DNA of 52,887 nucleotides, from positions 1-52,887 of IMG/VR virus record IMGVR_UViG_3300020596_000029; one strand, given 5' to 3'. Positions 36,280-45,413 of the stretch are shown in pieces. A model generated the notes under the pieces. The model worked only from the letters and a program-made list of their open reading frames with translations, was not told the DNA's origin and ran no database searches. Source of the DNA: a virus (taxonomy: Duplodnaviria; Caudoviricetes). Position 1 is the first letter of the stretch; each line of letters opens with the position of its first letter. Both the position numbers and the translations under genes were made by a program.

Positions 36280-36537
36280 CTATGCTAATTTCTGGAAATT
36301 TGCGATGAACTTCCATTCGTTCGTTTCCTCCGCCCAGTGGCATCCTGCGCCGTCCCATGTGCCGTTTTGGTTGTCTACGCTGAAGTCACGCGTGATGGCG
36401 TCGATGTGGCGGTACTGGTTGCCGTGTCGCCCTTTCTCCCACTTCAGCGAGACAGAGAGGACGATGTAGACGACACCGTATTCGTTTTTGTATTGCTCCC
36501 CCTTTTTGACTATCGGTTTCTCGCTGATGACGTTCAT
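36280..36537 (-). CDS. Hypothetical protein
   Basis: GAGGAG RBS. Confidence 0.7.
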   Translation of the reverse strand: MNVISEKPIVKKGEQYKNEYGVVYIVLSVSLKWEKGRHGNQYRHIDAITRDFSVDNQNGTWDGAGCHWAEETNEWKFIANFQKLA

Positions 36538-36548
36538 GTGTGGCTCCT

Positions 36549-36575
36549 CAAGCAGTTTTGTGACTTGCTTAGGTC
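36549..36575 (-). ncRNA. H-type pseudoknot motif, copy 3 (no hammerhead), abutting the SD
   Basis: GAC-CUAAGCA-AGUC-ACAAAAC-UGCUUG, with a compensatory A-U replacing G-C. Confidence 0.7.
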
Positions 36576-36589
36576 TGGTAGTGGGTGGG

Positions 36590-36838
36590 TTAGTTGGCGG
36601 CTTTGATTGCGACGTTCCAGGCTTTGCGATTCGGCCAGATAATGCAGTCAGCGAGTTCGCAGGCGAGATACTTGTTGTTGTGGGGATTGACGCCCGCGCC
36701 CGCCACTACGAATTCGCGGTCATCAACCTTCGTGATGCTAAAGCCAGCGAGGGCGGCGGTTTGGCCGATGCTCATGCGGGCGTCTAGGTGATCAGCGACT
36801 TTGTGTGCGTGTGCGTTGCTGCGAATGGTGGTGGTCAT
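36590..36838 (-). CDS. Hypothetical first early protein
   Basis: AAGGAG RBS before MTTTIRS. Confidence 0.7.
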   Translation of the reverse strand: MTTTIRSNAHAHKVADHLDARMSIGQTAALAGFSITKVDDREFVVAGAGVNPHNNKYLACELADCIIWPNRKAWNVAIKAAN

Positions 36839-36886
36839 TGTGTGGCTCCTTGTGCGAATGTGGTGGCGTGTGCTGCTTATGCGTCC

Positions 36887-36933
36887 ATTGTAGCACGTAT
36901 GTAGCACCATGTCAATAGGCAAAATAGGCAAAA
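36887..36933 (-). promoter_or_regulatory. Early promoter TTGACA-N17-TACAAT with tandem TTTTGCCTA upstream
   Basis: Read directly; GTGCTACA occurs twice. Confidence 0.85.
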
Positions 36934-37133
36934 TACCTATGAGTTTTTAAGGGGTGGCGTATCGGCCTGTGGTGTGGTATCGTCTATGAGGGTAGATCGT
37001 CTGTTGCCGGTGTGGATGCCGGCAACAGACTAAGCCATCGGCAGTGGAGTGCCAACAGCCTGACGCTATTATAGCACGCGTCTCTGTTGCGTCTCTGTTG
37101 CCAGCCGGTAATAGAGCGTCGTGGAGGGCGCGA

Positions 37134-37964
37134 ATGATGGAAGCAAAACCGAGGTACAACTACATTGCCGCGCTGGAAGATTTAGCACCGCCGCCGGCGC
37201 AAGTTGAAATGCAACACGTTGCGCCACACCCCGTCATCGAAACCAATCTAGGCTTTGTGCTGACTGTTGCAAATCTATTAATAACCGCGATCATAATCAC
37301 GGCCATGATGCTGGACGGCACGCAGGCGATGAGCGCAATCATTGCGGGCAGCATCTACTTTGCCGTGACTATGACGGGCTTTTCGTTGGTGGTAACGGGC
37401 GCGCTATCTGCCATCGTTGCATCAACGGCTCATGAGCGCACCGAACGCCAGCGCATAGAGTCGTATGAGGTGCTAGGCGCGTTGGCTATCGAATGGCGGC
37501 GCGATGTGGAGCGCAATCGCACTATTGAGATGCAAGCGCAGGCCATGCCGATGCAACTCACGCGCCGCATCGCTGCACTGGAAACTGAGCTATTGCAACG
37601 CGCCATAGCCGTAGACCCCCTGCACACCCCACACACGTTTGTCACGGCTTACAGCAACGTTTCCACCGCAGCGCACAGTGACATGGGGCCGCAAGTGGAT
37701 ACAAGCGCACAGGAGGCCGTGGCGTGGCTATCGTCTCTGTACAATGACTTGGGTGGCCCTGATCCAAAGAAGCTGCAACTCGTCGGGGAGCCTACCAGTA
37801 TCGGCCGCTTGCGCGTGCGGATGCTGGGCAGCAATCGCGGCGGCGGCACGCGTGAGGCCGGCTTGTTTTTGCTGCATAATGGCGCAATCAAAAAGGTTGC
37901 TGGCGGTTATCAGTTGCAACTAAGTGCCTTCCCTCACCGGGAATCGCTAAGAAATTTATTGTAG
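37134..37964 (+). CDS. Membrane protein with two TM segments
   Basis: GGAGG RBS; two hydrophobic helices followed by a coiled coil. Confidence 0.7.
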   Translation: MMEAKPRYNYIAALEDLAPPPAQVEMQHVAPHPVIETNLGFVLTVANLLITAIIITAMMLDGTQAMSAIIAGSIYFAVTMTGFSLVVTGALSAIVASTAHERTERQRIESYEVLGALAIEWRRDVERNRTIEMQAQAMPMQLTRRIAALETELLQRAIAVDPLHTPHTFVTAYSNVSTAAHSDMGPQVDTSAQEAVAWLSSLYNDLGGPDPKKLQLVGEPTSIGRLRVRMLGSNRGGGTREAGLFLLHNGAIKKVAGGYQLQLSAFPHRESLRNLL

Positions 37965-38059
37965 CTACGCCCTTGTATGTGGGTGGTGTGGAGGGTGGTC
38001 AGTACACCCACACCCACCTCACCGTCGGGGGAGTGGGGGAGACAGCTTGCGTAGTCTTA

Positions 38060-38095
38060 TTGCCTGTTGACACAACGCCTCTCATGTGCTACGAT
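38060..38095 (+). promoter_or_regulatory. Promoter TTGACA-N17-TACGAT preceded by TTGCCTG
   Basis: Read directly. Confidence 0.7.
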
Positions 38096-38135
38096 TATGC
38101 CATAGCGAAAATAAGTTTATATCATGGAGGTTTTG

Positions 38136-38342
38136 ATGAGCAATGACGCAATGCTTCGCGTAAAGATGAGCAAAGACAAGCTTAACTCGCTGTCTGGCAT
38201 GGCACAACGGTACGGCTGCAACAACATGAGCGATTATGTGCGGATGGCTCTGGACTATTTCGCGCAGCATCAGCCGCCAGTCGTGTGGTTGCCGAACCGT
38301 GACACCACCGACCGCGAGCTAAACGAAAAGGCGACGCGATGA
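38136..38342 (+). CDS. CopG/RHH-like regulator
   Basis: LRVKMS....L..MA..YG..NMSDYVRMAL; GGAGG RBS. Confidence 0.7.
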   Translation: MSNDAMLRVKMSKDKLNSLSGMAQRYGCNNMSDYVRMALDYFAQHQPPVVWLPNRDTTDRELNEKATR

Positions 38343-38421
38343 CACTCTTTTGGATAGCGATGGCCGTGAGCTTTTGCGCGACGCTGCTGCTATGGGCGTG
38401 CGTGCGCTTGGGGGGTGACGA

Positions 38422-39105
38422 GTGAACGCGATAGCTACCTTGTTTGAGTTAGACGCACCCGCGCCGAGCCATCCCGCCAAATACACGGACGCCCTACTCG
38501 TCACGATGGCGCAGATGTTGCGCGGCAGCACGCGTATCCTTGACCCCTTTGCAGGGACGGGAAAATGTTTTTTGCTTGAAAGATTCCTCCCTGATTGCGT
38601 GGTTTCTGGCGTTGAGATCGAGGAGGAATGGTGTCTTATCAACCCGCGCACAACGCTCGGCAACGCACTGCACTTGCCGTGGCCTGATGACACGTTCGAC
38701 GCCGTAAATACCAGTCCCGTATATGGCAACCGCATGAGTGACACCTTTGTGGATGGTTCCAAGCGCATGACCTATACCGCGCGGTTAGGGCGCAAACTAC
38801 ATCCTGATAACGCGGGGCAACTGCAATGGGGGCCGAAGTATCGCGAATTTCATACGCTTGCGTGGACTGAAGCGCGGCGCGTGCTGGTCGCGAGCGGCGC
38901 GTTTGTTCTCAATGTGAAAGATTTTATTCGGGATGGGAAACGCGTTGAAGTTACGGATTGGCATATCGAATGTTTAGAATCGCTTGGCTTTCGCCTGCTG
39001 CAACACGAGCAGATTGTCACCCCGTCGCACCGTTACGGGGCCAACAGTGAGGCGCGTATGCCTTACGAAAGCATTATCCTGTTCCGCTTGGAGCCGACGC
39101 AATGA
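38422..39105 (+). CDS. Amino-type DNA methyltransferase
   Basis: ILDPFAGTG (SAM-binding), GVEIE, catalytic-like TSPVY. Confidence 0.75.
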   Translation: MNAIATLFELDAPAPSHPAKYTDALLVTMAQMLRGSTRILDPFAGTGKCFLLERFLPDCVVSGVEIEEEWCLINPRTTLGNALHLPWPDDTFDAVNTSPVYGNRMSDTFVDGSKRMTYTARLGRKLHPDNAGQLQWGPKYREFHTLAWTEARRVLVASGAFVLNVKDFIRDGKRVEVTDWHIECLESLGFRLLQHEQIVTPSHRYGANSEARMPYESIILFRLEPTQ

Positions 39106-39275
39106 CAGCCGACACCCTGTACATCATCGGCGTAGGGATGCTTGGCGGCGCAATGGCCGTCGTCGGCATGTGGGGGCGAACATGTCCAGGTTGCAAGGGA
39201 CGTCGCGTAAAACATAACACTGATGGCACGGTTGGCGAGTGTGGCGAGTGTGGCGGGACGGGAGAGGTGGAGTAG
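39102..39275 (+). CDS. 57-aa TM plus DnaJ-type zinc-finger peptide (absent from the ORF track)
   Basis: ATGA overlap; CPGCKG...CGECGGTG. Confidence 0.55.
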   Translation: MTADTLYIIGVGMLGGAMAVVGMWGRTCPGCKGRRVKHNTDGTVGECGECGGTGEVE

Positions 39276-39368
39276 GCACACACACAACGCTACGTTCACG
39301 CGTGCGGGGCGGTGCAAAGCCGCCAGCGTCGTATGGTTTTCATTTTTGCATTCAGAAAGGGGCACTCA

Positions 39369-39728
39369 GTGAAAAATAAGTTTGTAGTACGACAGGGCGA
39401 TATTTGCTTGATTCGCACGGACAATGTTCCCGCCAATCTCGTTCGCAAGCCGACCGAAGACAGCGCGGTGACGGTCGGCTTTGGCGAGGTAACGGGCCAC
39501 CACCACTCCATACAGGACGCCGTATGGTATGTCGCACCCGAAACAACGGTTGAGGATTTGCATCAGTTCGCGCTGGGCAACGGCACTGTACCCGTTTTTG
39601 TGGTGCTGGACGAAGCGAGTGTTTTGACGCACCAGGAACACGCGCCGATCTCTTTGGACGCGGGCGTGTGGCGCGTGCTACGTCAACGAGAGTACACACC
39701 TGAGCGTGTTTTGTCCGTGCGCGACTAG
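39369..39728 (+). CDS. His-rich small protein, partner of the DUF6745 gene
   Basis: RQGD, GEVTGHHH, HQEH and RQREY motifs. Confidence 0.75.
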   Translation: MKNKFVVRQGDICLIRTDNVPANLVRKPTEDSAVTVGFGEVTGHHHSIQDAVWYVAPETTVEDLHQFALGNGTVPVFVVLDEASVLTHQEHAPISLDAGVWRVLRQREYTPERVLSVRD

Positions 39729-39789
39729 CCCGCCTCGGTGAGAGGTATTGCTACCTCTCACCGTTATTCACCTTCCAGTGGAGAAAATT

Positions 39790-40872
39790 ATGCAAAAGAT
39801 CACAAAACTTACCGCAGAGCAGGAGTCGTTGTTGCCCGCGTGGGCAGATAAATGGACAAGCATTGGCCTATCATGCGAGCCGTTGAATTATGACGCCGCT
39901 GTAGATGCGGCGAAACGAGCTTATGCCGCCGCCAGTCTCCCCGCACCCGAACGCTTTGTCGTGTGCGACGGGCCTTTTAGTGGCGCAATTGTCGCCGCAA
40001 TTCTAATGACGGGTATCCCAGCCGGCGTTCGGGCCAGCGTTCGGGCCGGCGTTCGGGCCAGCGTTGGGGCCAGCGTTCGGGCTGGCGTGTTGGACAGCGT
40101 TGGGGCCAACGTGTGGGACAGCGTGTGGGATAGTGTTCGGGACAGCGTGTGGGATAGTGTTCGGGCTGGCGTGTGGGCCAGCGTTCGGGACAGCGTTCGG
40201 GACAGCGTGTGGGATAGTGTTCGGGCTGGCCTTCGGGATAGCGTTTATGGCGCGCATGATGCACATTGGCTCGGCTTTTATGATTTCTTCCTCTCTAATT
40301 GCGGATTGGCTGAACAAGTCGCCCCGTTGCAACCGCTGATTGATCTGGCCTCGCATTGCGGCTGGTGGAGTCCATACGCCAATGTATGCATCCTCCAGCA
40401 TCGCCACTGTGAGTTGCACCGTGACCCTGAGGGTCGATTGCACAATGCCAATGGCCCTGCCGTACTCTATCGCGACGGATGGGGCGTTTGGGCTTGGCAT
40501 GGCGTTCATATTCCCATCGAAAAAGCGTGGATTATCGACGATCCGAATCGCATTGATGTGGCAGCCATTGATGGCGAGCGTAATGCCGAAATTCGCCGCG
40601 TGATGCTGGAACTTTTTGGCCATGATAGATACATTGTTGAGAGCGGCATGAAGCCAGTTCAGACAGACACATATGGCGAATTGTTTCGGCGTGAAATTGC
40701 AGACGACGAGCCTCTGTGTATGGTGCGCGTGGTCAACAGCACGCCCGAATCAGATGGCGAATTGAAAAAATATATGTTACGCGTACCGCCCACCATGCAG
40801 ACGGCACACCAGGCGATTGCATGGAGCTTTGACATGTCTGCGGCCGAATACGCACCAATGGCAGAGTCGTAA
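39790..40872 (+). CDS. DUF6745-like protein with tetrapeptide repeats
   Basis: xSV(R/W) repeats; [35 protein letters not shown] motifs. Confidence 0.75.
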   Translation: MQKITKLTAEQESLLPAWADKWTSIGLSCEPLNYDAAVDAAKRAYAAASLPAPERFVVCDGPFSGAIVAAILMTGIPAGVRASVRAGVRASVGASVRAGVLDSVGANVWDSVWDSVRDSVWDSVRAGVWASVRDSVRDSVWDSVRAGLRDSVYGAHDAHWLGFYDFFLSNCGLAEQVAPLQPLIDLASHCGWWSPYANVCILQHRHCELHRDPEGRLHNANGPAVLYRDGWGVWAWHGVHIPIEKAWIIDDPNRIDVAAIDGERNAEIRRVMLELFGHDRYIVESGMKPVQTDTYGELFRREIADDEPLCMVRVVNSTPESDGELKKYMLRVPPTMQTAHQAIAWSFDMSAAEYAPMAES

Positions 40873-41126
40873 AAGCACCACACAGCGCAGGGACACGCCC
40901 GATGCCAGCCGCAACGCTGGCGCGCCACTTCAGCCACTTCGCAGCCGCGCACAGTTCGGGGGTCTCCTTTCGTACCTCGTTAAATCAGCGGCAAGCTGCC
41001 CCTCATTAGTGACTGGTGAAAGGGTCAACAGCAGCAGCGGGAACTCCTTTGGGTGTGTGAAGACGGTGGCATATGCGAGTGTGCCACCGTCGCACGCAAA
41101 TTGTAGACAGAAAGGGTGGGCAGCAC

Positions 41127-41348
41127 ATGAGCGACGAACACGTTGACGACTTCCGCGAGCTAGAGGACTTCTGGCCTGACATGGATGGCCTAGCTGACGG
41201 CGTGGACATATTCCTGGCGCAGTACGGGCCACCCACAGGCGACGAAGATGCTGCCTACCTCACAGCGCAGGCCGGCAGCATCAGCAGCCTGTGCAACGAT
41301 TATGCCACGGCAATGGCACTAGGCAACGGAAGCGGGGCGGAAGGATGA
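41127..41348 (+). CDS. Acidic hypothetical protein
   Basis: In operon. Confidence 0.5.
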   Translation: MSDEHVDDFRELEDFWPDMDGLADGVDIFLAQYGPPTGDEDAAYLTAQAGSISSLCNDYATAMALGNGSGAEG

Positions 41349-41581
41349 CGACAAAGCGCAATTTCAACCGTTTACGCGGTGCGATTGACGCCCGCAATTC
41401 GCAGTGGCTTGAGGACATGGAGCCTGACATCGCCTCGGCTTTACGCCAGGAGATAGACGACGGTGCCAGCCTAGACGAGGTGGAAAGATTCGCCGTTGAA
41501 CTGAGCGGCGAACGCGACAGATTCGCCCGCAAGTTGACCAGCGCAGCTAGGCACCTCGCGAGCGTGCAGGCGGGGCGTTAG
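41345..41581 (+). CDS. Hypothetical protein
   Basis: ATGA overlap. Confidence 0.55.
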   Translation: MTTKRNFNRLRGAIDARNSQWLEDMEPDIASALRQEIDDGASLDEVERFAVELSGERDRFARKLTSAARHLASVQAGR

Positions 41582-41591
41582 TTGGTGACGG

Positions 41592-41783
41592 TCACGACTT
41601 GGGCGGAAGTGCAGCAGGCAATTTAGTGCCTTGAGGCAACTGAGTCAAGGCGTACAATTCCAACGCTTCAAGCAACTGGTTATTCAGTGATCGCTTATTG
41701 TCCCTAGCGATTTTAGTCAGAATTTCATGGAATGCTTCGGTAGTGCGAATCATAATTCGCTTCTCTTTTAGTCCGTCACTCAC
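41592..41783 (-). CDS. Arc-like RHH repressor
   Basis: IMIR....HE.L..IA..NKRSLNNQL..AL; AAGGAG RBS. Confidence 0.8.
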   Translation of the reverse strand: MSDGLKEKRIMIRTTEAFHEILTKIARDNKRSLNNQLLEALELYALTQLPQGTKLPAALPPKS

Positions 41784-41797
41784 TGGATTTCTCCTTA

Positions 41798-41878
41798 TTG
41801 ACTTGGCAACAAAATGTTGCTATAATGTTGCAGCAGCTTAATGTTGCAAGTTTAGCACGCAGACGATACAGGTGTCAA
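41798..41878. promoter_or_regulatory. Face-to-face promoters with ATGTTGC operator repeats
   Basis: Plus strand TTGACT-N17-TATAAT (41798-41826). Minus strand TTGACA-N18-TAAACT (41878-41849). Inverted repeat GCAACA-AAA-TGTTGC. Confidence 0.75.
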
Positions 41879-41882
41879 GGGG

Positions 41883-43850
41883 ATGGACATGCGAACCTTA
41901 CGCAGTAAGAAATTAAGGGCCGCACTCTATTACAGTCAGGGCGGCAAATGCGCCATATGTGGCGGCGAATTACCAGAGGATTGGCACGCTGATCATATCG
42001 TACCGTGGATGGTCACAAAGCGCACGAATGTACACGAAATGCAAGCGTTATGTCCCAAGTGCAACTTGGGGAAAGGTACGAAAATGCTCAGAAAGCATCA
42101 AGCGGAGATGGAGAGTCACGTCAAGAGTCTTGTCTCAGGTCTTTCTACAAAGAAGAAAATCCTCGTCTATTGCACGCCGGGCGGCGGCAAGAGCGCATTG
42201 CCTGCAATCATGATGAAGTACCTGGGCGAGATGCTACCCGACGAACGAAATTACCGCATTTGCTGGCTTGTGCCACGGGATTCCCTGCGCGATCAGGGCG
42301 AATGGTCATTCGTTGAACTCAAGTCCATCGTTGGGCATCATTGTGAAATTCGCGCGGCTGGCAACGATTTCAATCCTGCGCGCTCGACGATGGGATACGT
42401 TATCAATTACCAGTCTTTGTCTGCTAACCCAGACCTACACCGAGATAACTTCGAACTCGCTAAACAGCGAAATCACCCCTACATTCTCTTCCTTGACGAG
42501 TGCCACCATATCCCAGCACCCAACGAGGATGTAGACGATCCAGAGGAAAAAGCATACTACAAGGCAGTCGCCCCCCTCGTGGAAAAGTGCGACATTCTTG
42601 TAATGGCGACTGGAACGCTAGAGCGTCACGACAAAAAGAAGATCGCTTTCCTTCCCTACACTGGATCGGCTGGCGGAGAATGGGTAGACCTGAAATCAAA
42701 GGACTGGCACGTTATTCGATACACGCGGAAGGATGCGCTAGAGGAAGGCGCAATCGTACCGTTACACATGACCTACGCGGATGGTGCCGCGGTCTGGACT
42801 TCGGCAACGGGCGAAGAAATCTCAGTAGAAAGCATCGCGGAGATGGAGAGGCGTTATCAGGCTCCTGCTCTGCGCACATCTTTGGAAACGGAATATGCTT
42901 ATGCGTTACTCGATAAGTGCATACAGCATTGGCATTCATACAAGTTGAATGTTTATAGCAAGGCTAAGTTACTGATCATAGCTCCTGGCGTGCAGGTAGC
43001 CCGGTCATATTTTAAGCACATTCGCGGTTCGGGGCTTTCCTGCGAGATAGCAGTATCTGCCGATGGCGATGATGCCAAGATAGCCATCAATCGCTTCAAG
43101 GGCAAAGCAAGACCCCATTGTGACATCCTGGTAAGCGTCGCTATCGCGTACGAAGGATTAGATGTAAAGGAAATTACGCACGTTGCACTATTGACTAAAT
43201 ACCGTAGTAAGCCCTGGATTGAGCAAGCGATTAGCCGAGCAAACCGCGCCTCAGAAGGCAAGAGTCACGGCTATATCTACGCGCCAGACGACCCTTCATT
43301 ACGTGCCATTCTTGACGAGATTGAACGCGAACAACAGGGTGTAGTGATTGCTAAGCGGGAAGGGCCACGAGGGACAGTTCCAGATGTGCCGCCGCCGCCA
43401 CGTGTTGAAATTAGTCCCATTGGTAGCGAATTGACCGGGGCTAGAGCGGGCGATCTTGATGGCACGATGAGGACAACTTACGAAGAAGATGCCTTTTTGT
43501 CTGAGCGAATGAAACAGTTTGGCTTGCACGGTAGCACGATCCAACTCAAGCAACTTCTTACTGACATCGGTGTGAGCGAACTGATGCCTGTCAATGGCAA
43601 GGGCAATACAAGCCAGTCCGTATTGCCGCCAGTATCGGTAAGAGAAAAAAAGATTAAAGACAACATATTGGCCTATGTCAAATCTATTGCGAAAGGCGAA
43701 CCAGAAATTATCAAACAGGTACGATTGGCGGCCAAGAATAAATTTGGGCCAATCGACTATCTTGATTATGAAGGATTACGTGAACAGTGGGCATGGCTTC
43801 AAGCAACCTATCCTGGCGGAGTGACCTATGAACCTATTGCTGAACACTAA
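41883..43850 (+). CDS. HNH nuclease fused to an SF2 (DExH) helicase
   Basis: HNH motifs CAICG..HADHIVP..N..ALCPKCN. Helicase motifs TPGGGKS, LDECHH, ATGT, EGLDV, Q..SR.NR. Confidence 0.85.
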   Translation: MDMRTLRSKKLRAALYYSQGGKCAICGGELPEDWHADHIVPWMVTKRTNVHEMQALCPKCNLGKGTKMLRKHQAEMESHVKSLVSGLSTKKKILVYCTPGGGKSALPAIMMKYLGEMLPDERNYRICWLVPRDSLRDQGEWSFVELKSIVGHHCEIRAAGNDFNPARSTMGYVINYQSLSANPDLHRDNFELAKQRNHPYILFLDECHHIPAPNEDVDDPEEKAYYKAVAPLVEKCDILVMATGTLERHDKKKIAFLPYTGSAGGEWVDLKSKDWHVIRYTRKDALEEGAIVPLHMTYADGAAVWTSATGEEISVESIAEMERRYQAPALRTSLETEYAYALLDKCIQHWHSYKLNVYSKAKLLIIAPGVQVARSYFKHIRGSGLSCEIAVSADGDDAKIAINRFKGKARPHCDILVSVAIAYEGLDVKEITHVALLTKYRSKPWIEQAISRANRASEGKSHGYIYAPDDPSLRAILDEIEREQQGVVIAKREGPRGTVPDVPPPPRVEISPIGSELTGARAGDLDGTMRTTYEEDAFLSERMKQFGLHGSTIQLKQLLTDIGVSELMPVNGKGNTSQSVLPPVSVREKKIKDNILAYVKSIAKGEPEIIKQVRLAAKNKFGPIDYLDYEGLREQWAWLQATYPGGVTYEPIAEH

Positions 43851-44478
43851 ACCGCTAGACGAACTTGGCGACCTCACTGCGCCGATTGGATCACGGAAAT
43901 GGCTGCTTGGTGTCGCGAACGAGATTCGCAAGACGCTCTACGACAAAGAGCAAACAGGGCGACGCCTACAGGACCTAATAGAAGTATTTAAGGAACACGC
44001 TGGCTGGCAGGAGTTTGGCTATTTCACTTGGGAAGAATACTGCACCAAGCGTTTGCAGACTGAGCCGGAGAAGGTTGACACAGAGGCCACGCTACGCGAG
44101 AAGGCGGGCGGAGTACCGGGCAATGTAAATAATCCAACAGGGAATAACCAATACAAGAGAGTGGATGATTCTGATAATTATCAGAATCATCCTGCGGAAG
44201 AAGGCAAGCGACAAAAGTCCTTAGGCGAGTTAGCCGGCACATCGGCTGCGTACACGCTTGCGCGGCTAAAGCGCGATGAACCGTCCCTATACGAGCGAGT
44301 CAAGCGCGGTGAATTGTCTGCCAATGCCGCGGCGATTGAGGCCGGATGGCGCAACCCCAAGACGCGCTACAGCCTTCCAGATGACCCACAGGCGGCGGGG
44401 CGGTACTTGGCGGAGCGCGTGGATCGTGAGTGGTTCGATATGTTGATTGATACCTATTACAAGGCGATTTCGGAATAG
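43828..44478 (+). CDS. Hypothetical DNA-associated protein
   Basis: TWEEYC, GNNQY and RLKRD.P.LYE.V..GELSA.AAA motifs. Confidence 0.7.
   Translation: MNLLLNTKPLDELGDLTAPIGSRKWLLGVANEIRKTLYDKEQTGRRLQDLIEVFKEHAGWQEFGYFTWEEYCTKRLQTEPEKVDTEATLREKAGGVPGNVNNPTGNNQYKRVDDSDNYQNHPAEEGKRQKSLGELAGTSAAYTLARLKRDEPSLYERVKRGELSANAAAIEAGWRNPKTRYSLPDDPQAAGRYLAERVDREWFDMLIDTYYKAISE
44163..44192. repeat. Perfect 30-bp intragenic palindrome
   Basis: GGATGATTCTGATAATTATCAGAATCATCC. Confidence 0.95.
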
Positions 44479-44480
44479 CT

Positions 44481-45413
44481 ATGAGCGTCAAAATGACAGC
44501 GCGTGTGTGGGCAATCGAAGATGAGGAACTCAAGGACGCGCGCCTACTCACGCTGCTGTCATTAGCGGACTATGCCAACAGCGACGATCTGAGTTGGCCT
44601 TCCGTGCCTACACTCGCCAAGCGCACGCGCATCAGCGAGCGACAGATTCAGCGCAGTATCCATTGGCTAGAGCAAGCCGCCTACATCAAAATCACCGAAA
44701 AGGGCAACGGTCGCGGTCGCGTGACAACTTACAAGCTACTTGTAAAGGGTGACATTAGCGACATAAAGGGCGACACCATGACACCCTTTAGCGAAGAATT
44801 GACACCCGTTGACAGCATAAAGGGTGACATTAGCGACATAAAGGGTGACATTGGCGAAGAAATTCAGTCATACGTGCGAATTGAACCATTAACAACAGAA
44901 CCATTAAGAGCTAAGGGAACTAAAAGCATTGTGGCTGACGCCACACCCGCCCCGCCAGTTGCCCCCGTTGTCACCGTTTTGGAAAAACCAAAAGGCAAGC
45001 GCACAGCCAAACCAAAAGAACCCCCCCACACTTCCGAAATTACCCCCCGTGAGCCGAGCGAGTGGCAAGAGTTTGTCGGTGCATTTTGCTGGTTATGTCA
45101 CGCGCACAAGGAGGTAGGCACTTTGACGAAGGAGCAGAGAGGCGCGTTGTTGGCAGAGGCGAAGGTGGTGCATGACGACGGTTACGACACGGATAATTTG
45201 CGCGAATGGTACAAGTCTATTTGGCTTCAAAGTTGGCAGTGGAAGAAAGACCGAAGCCGCCCCAAGCCAGCCGATGTGCGCTCTAGCATAGCCCAGCTAC
45301 GAGCCGAGACACCAGAGGGCTTTGAAGTTTCACCTGTGTTGAACGGCAACCATTCCACCAACAACGGTATCAATGCGGTACTTGCTTACAGGGAAAGACG
45401 AGGCTACCAATGA
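44481..45413 (+). CDS. Replication initiator (N-terminal winged HTH)
   Basis: LL.LADYAN...WPS..TLA.RT..SERQIQR; contains iterons. Confidence 0.85.
   Translation: MSVKMTARVWAIEDEELKDARLLTLLSLADYANSDDLSWPSVPTLAKRTRISERQIQRSIHWLEQAAYIKITEKGNGRGRVTTYKLLVKGDISDIKGDTMTPFSEELTPVDSIKGDISDIKGDIGEEIQSYVRIEPLTTEPLRAKGTKSIVADATPAPPVAPVVTVLEKPKGKRTAKPKEPPHTSEITPREPSEWQEFVGAFCWLCHAHKEVGTLTKEQRGALLAEAKVVHDDGYDTDNLREWYKSIWLQSWQWKKDRSRPKPADVRSSIAQLRAETPEGFEVSPVLNGNHSTNNGINAVLAYRERRGYQ
44743..44852. repeat. Replication origin iterons
   Basis: TAAAGGG(T/C)GACA at 44743, 44764, 44818 and 44839, plus an inverted near-copy at 44779-44790. Confidence 0.8.

Noticed and set aside
44163-44192. Palindrome as a protelomerase (telRL) site
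   Set aside because: No protelomerase gene recognised, and the site lies inside a CDS.
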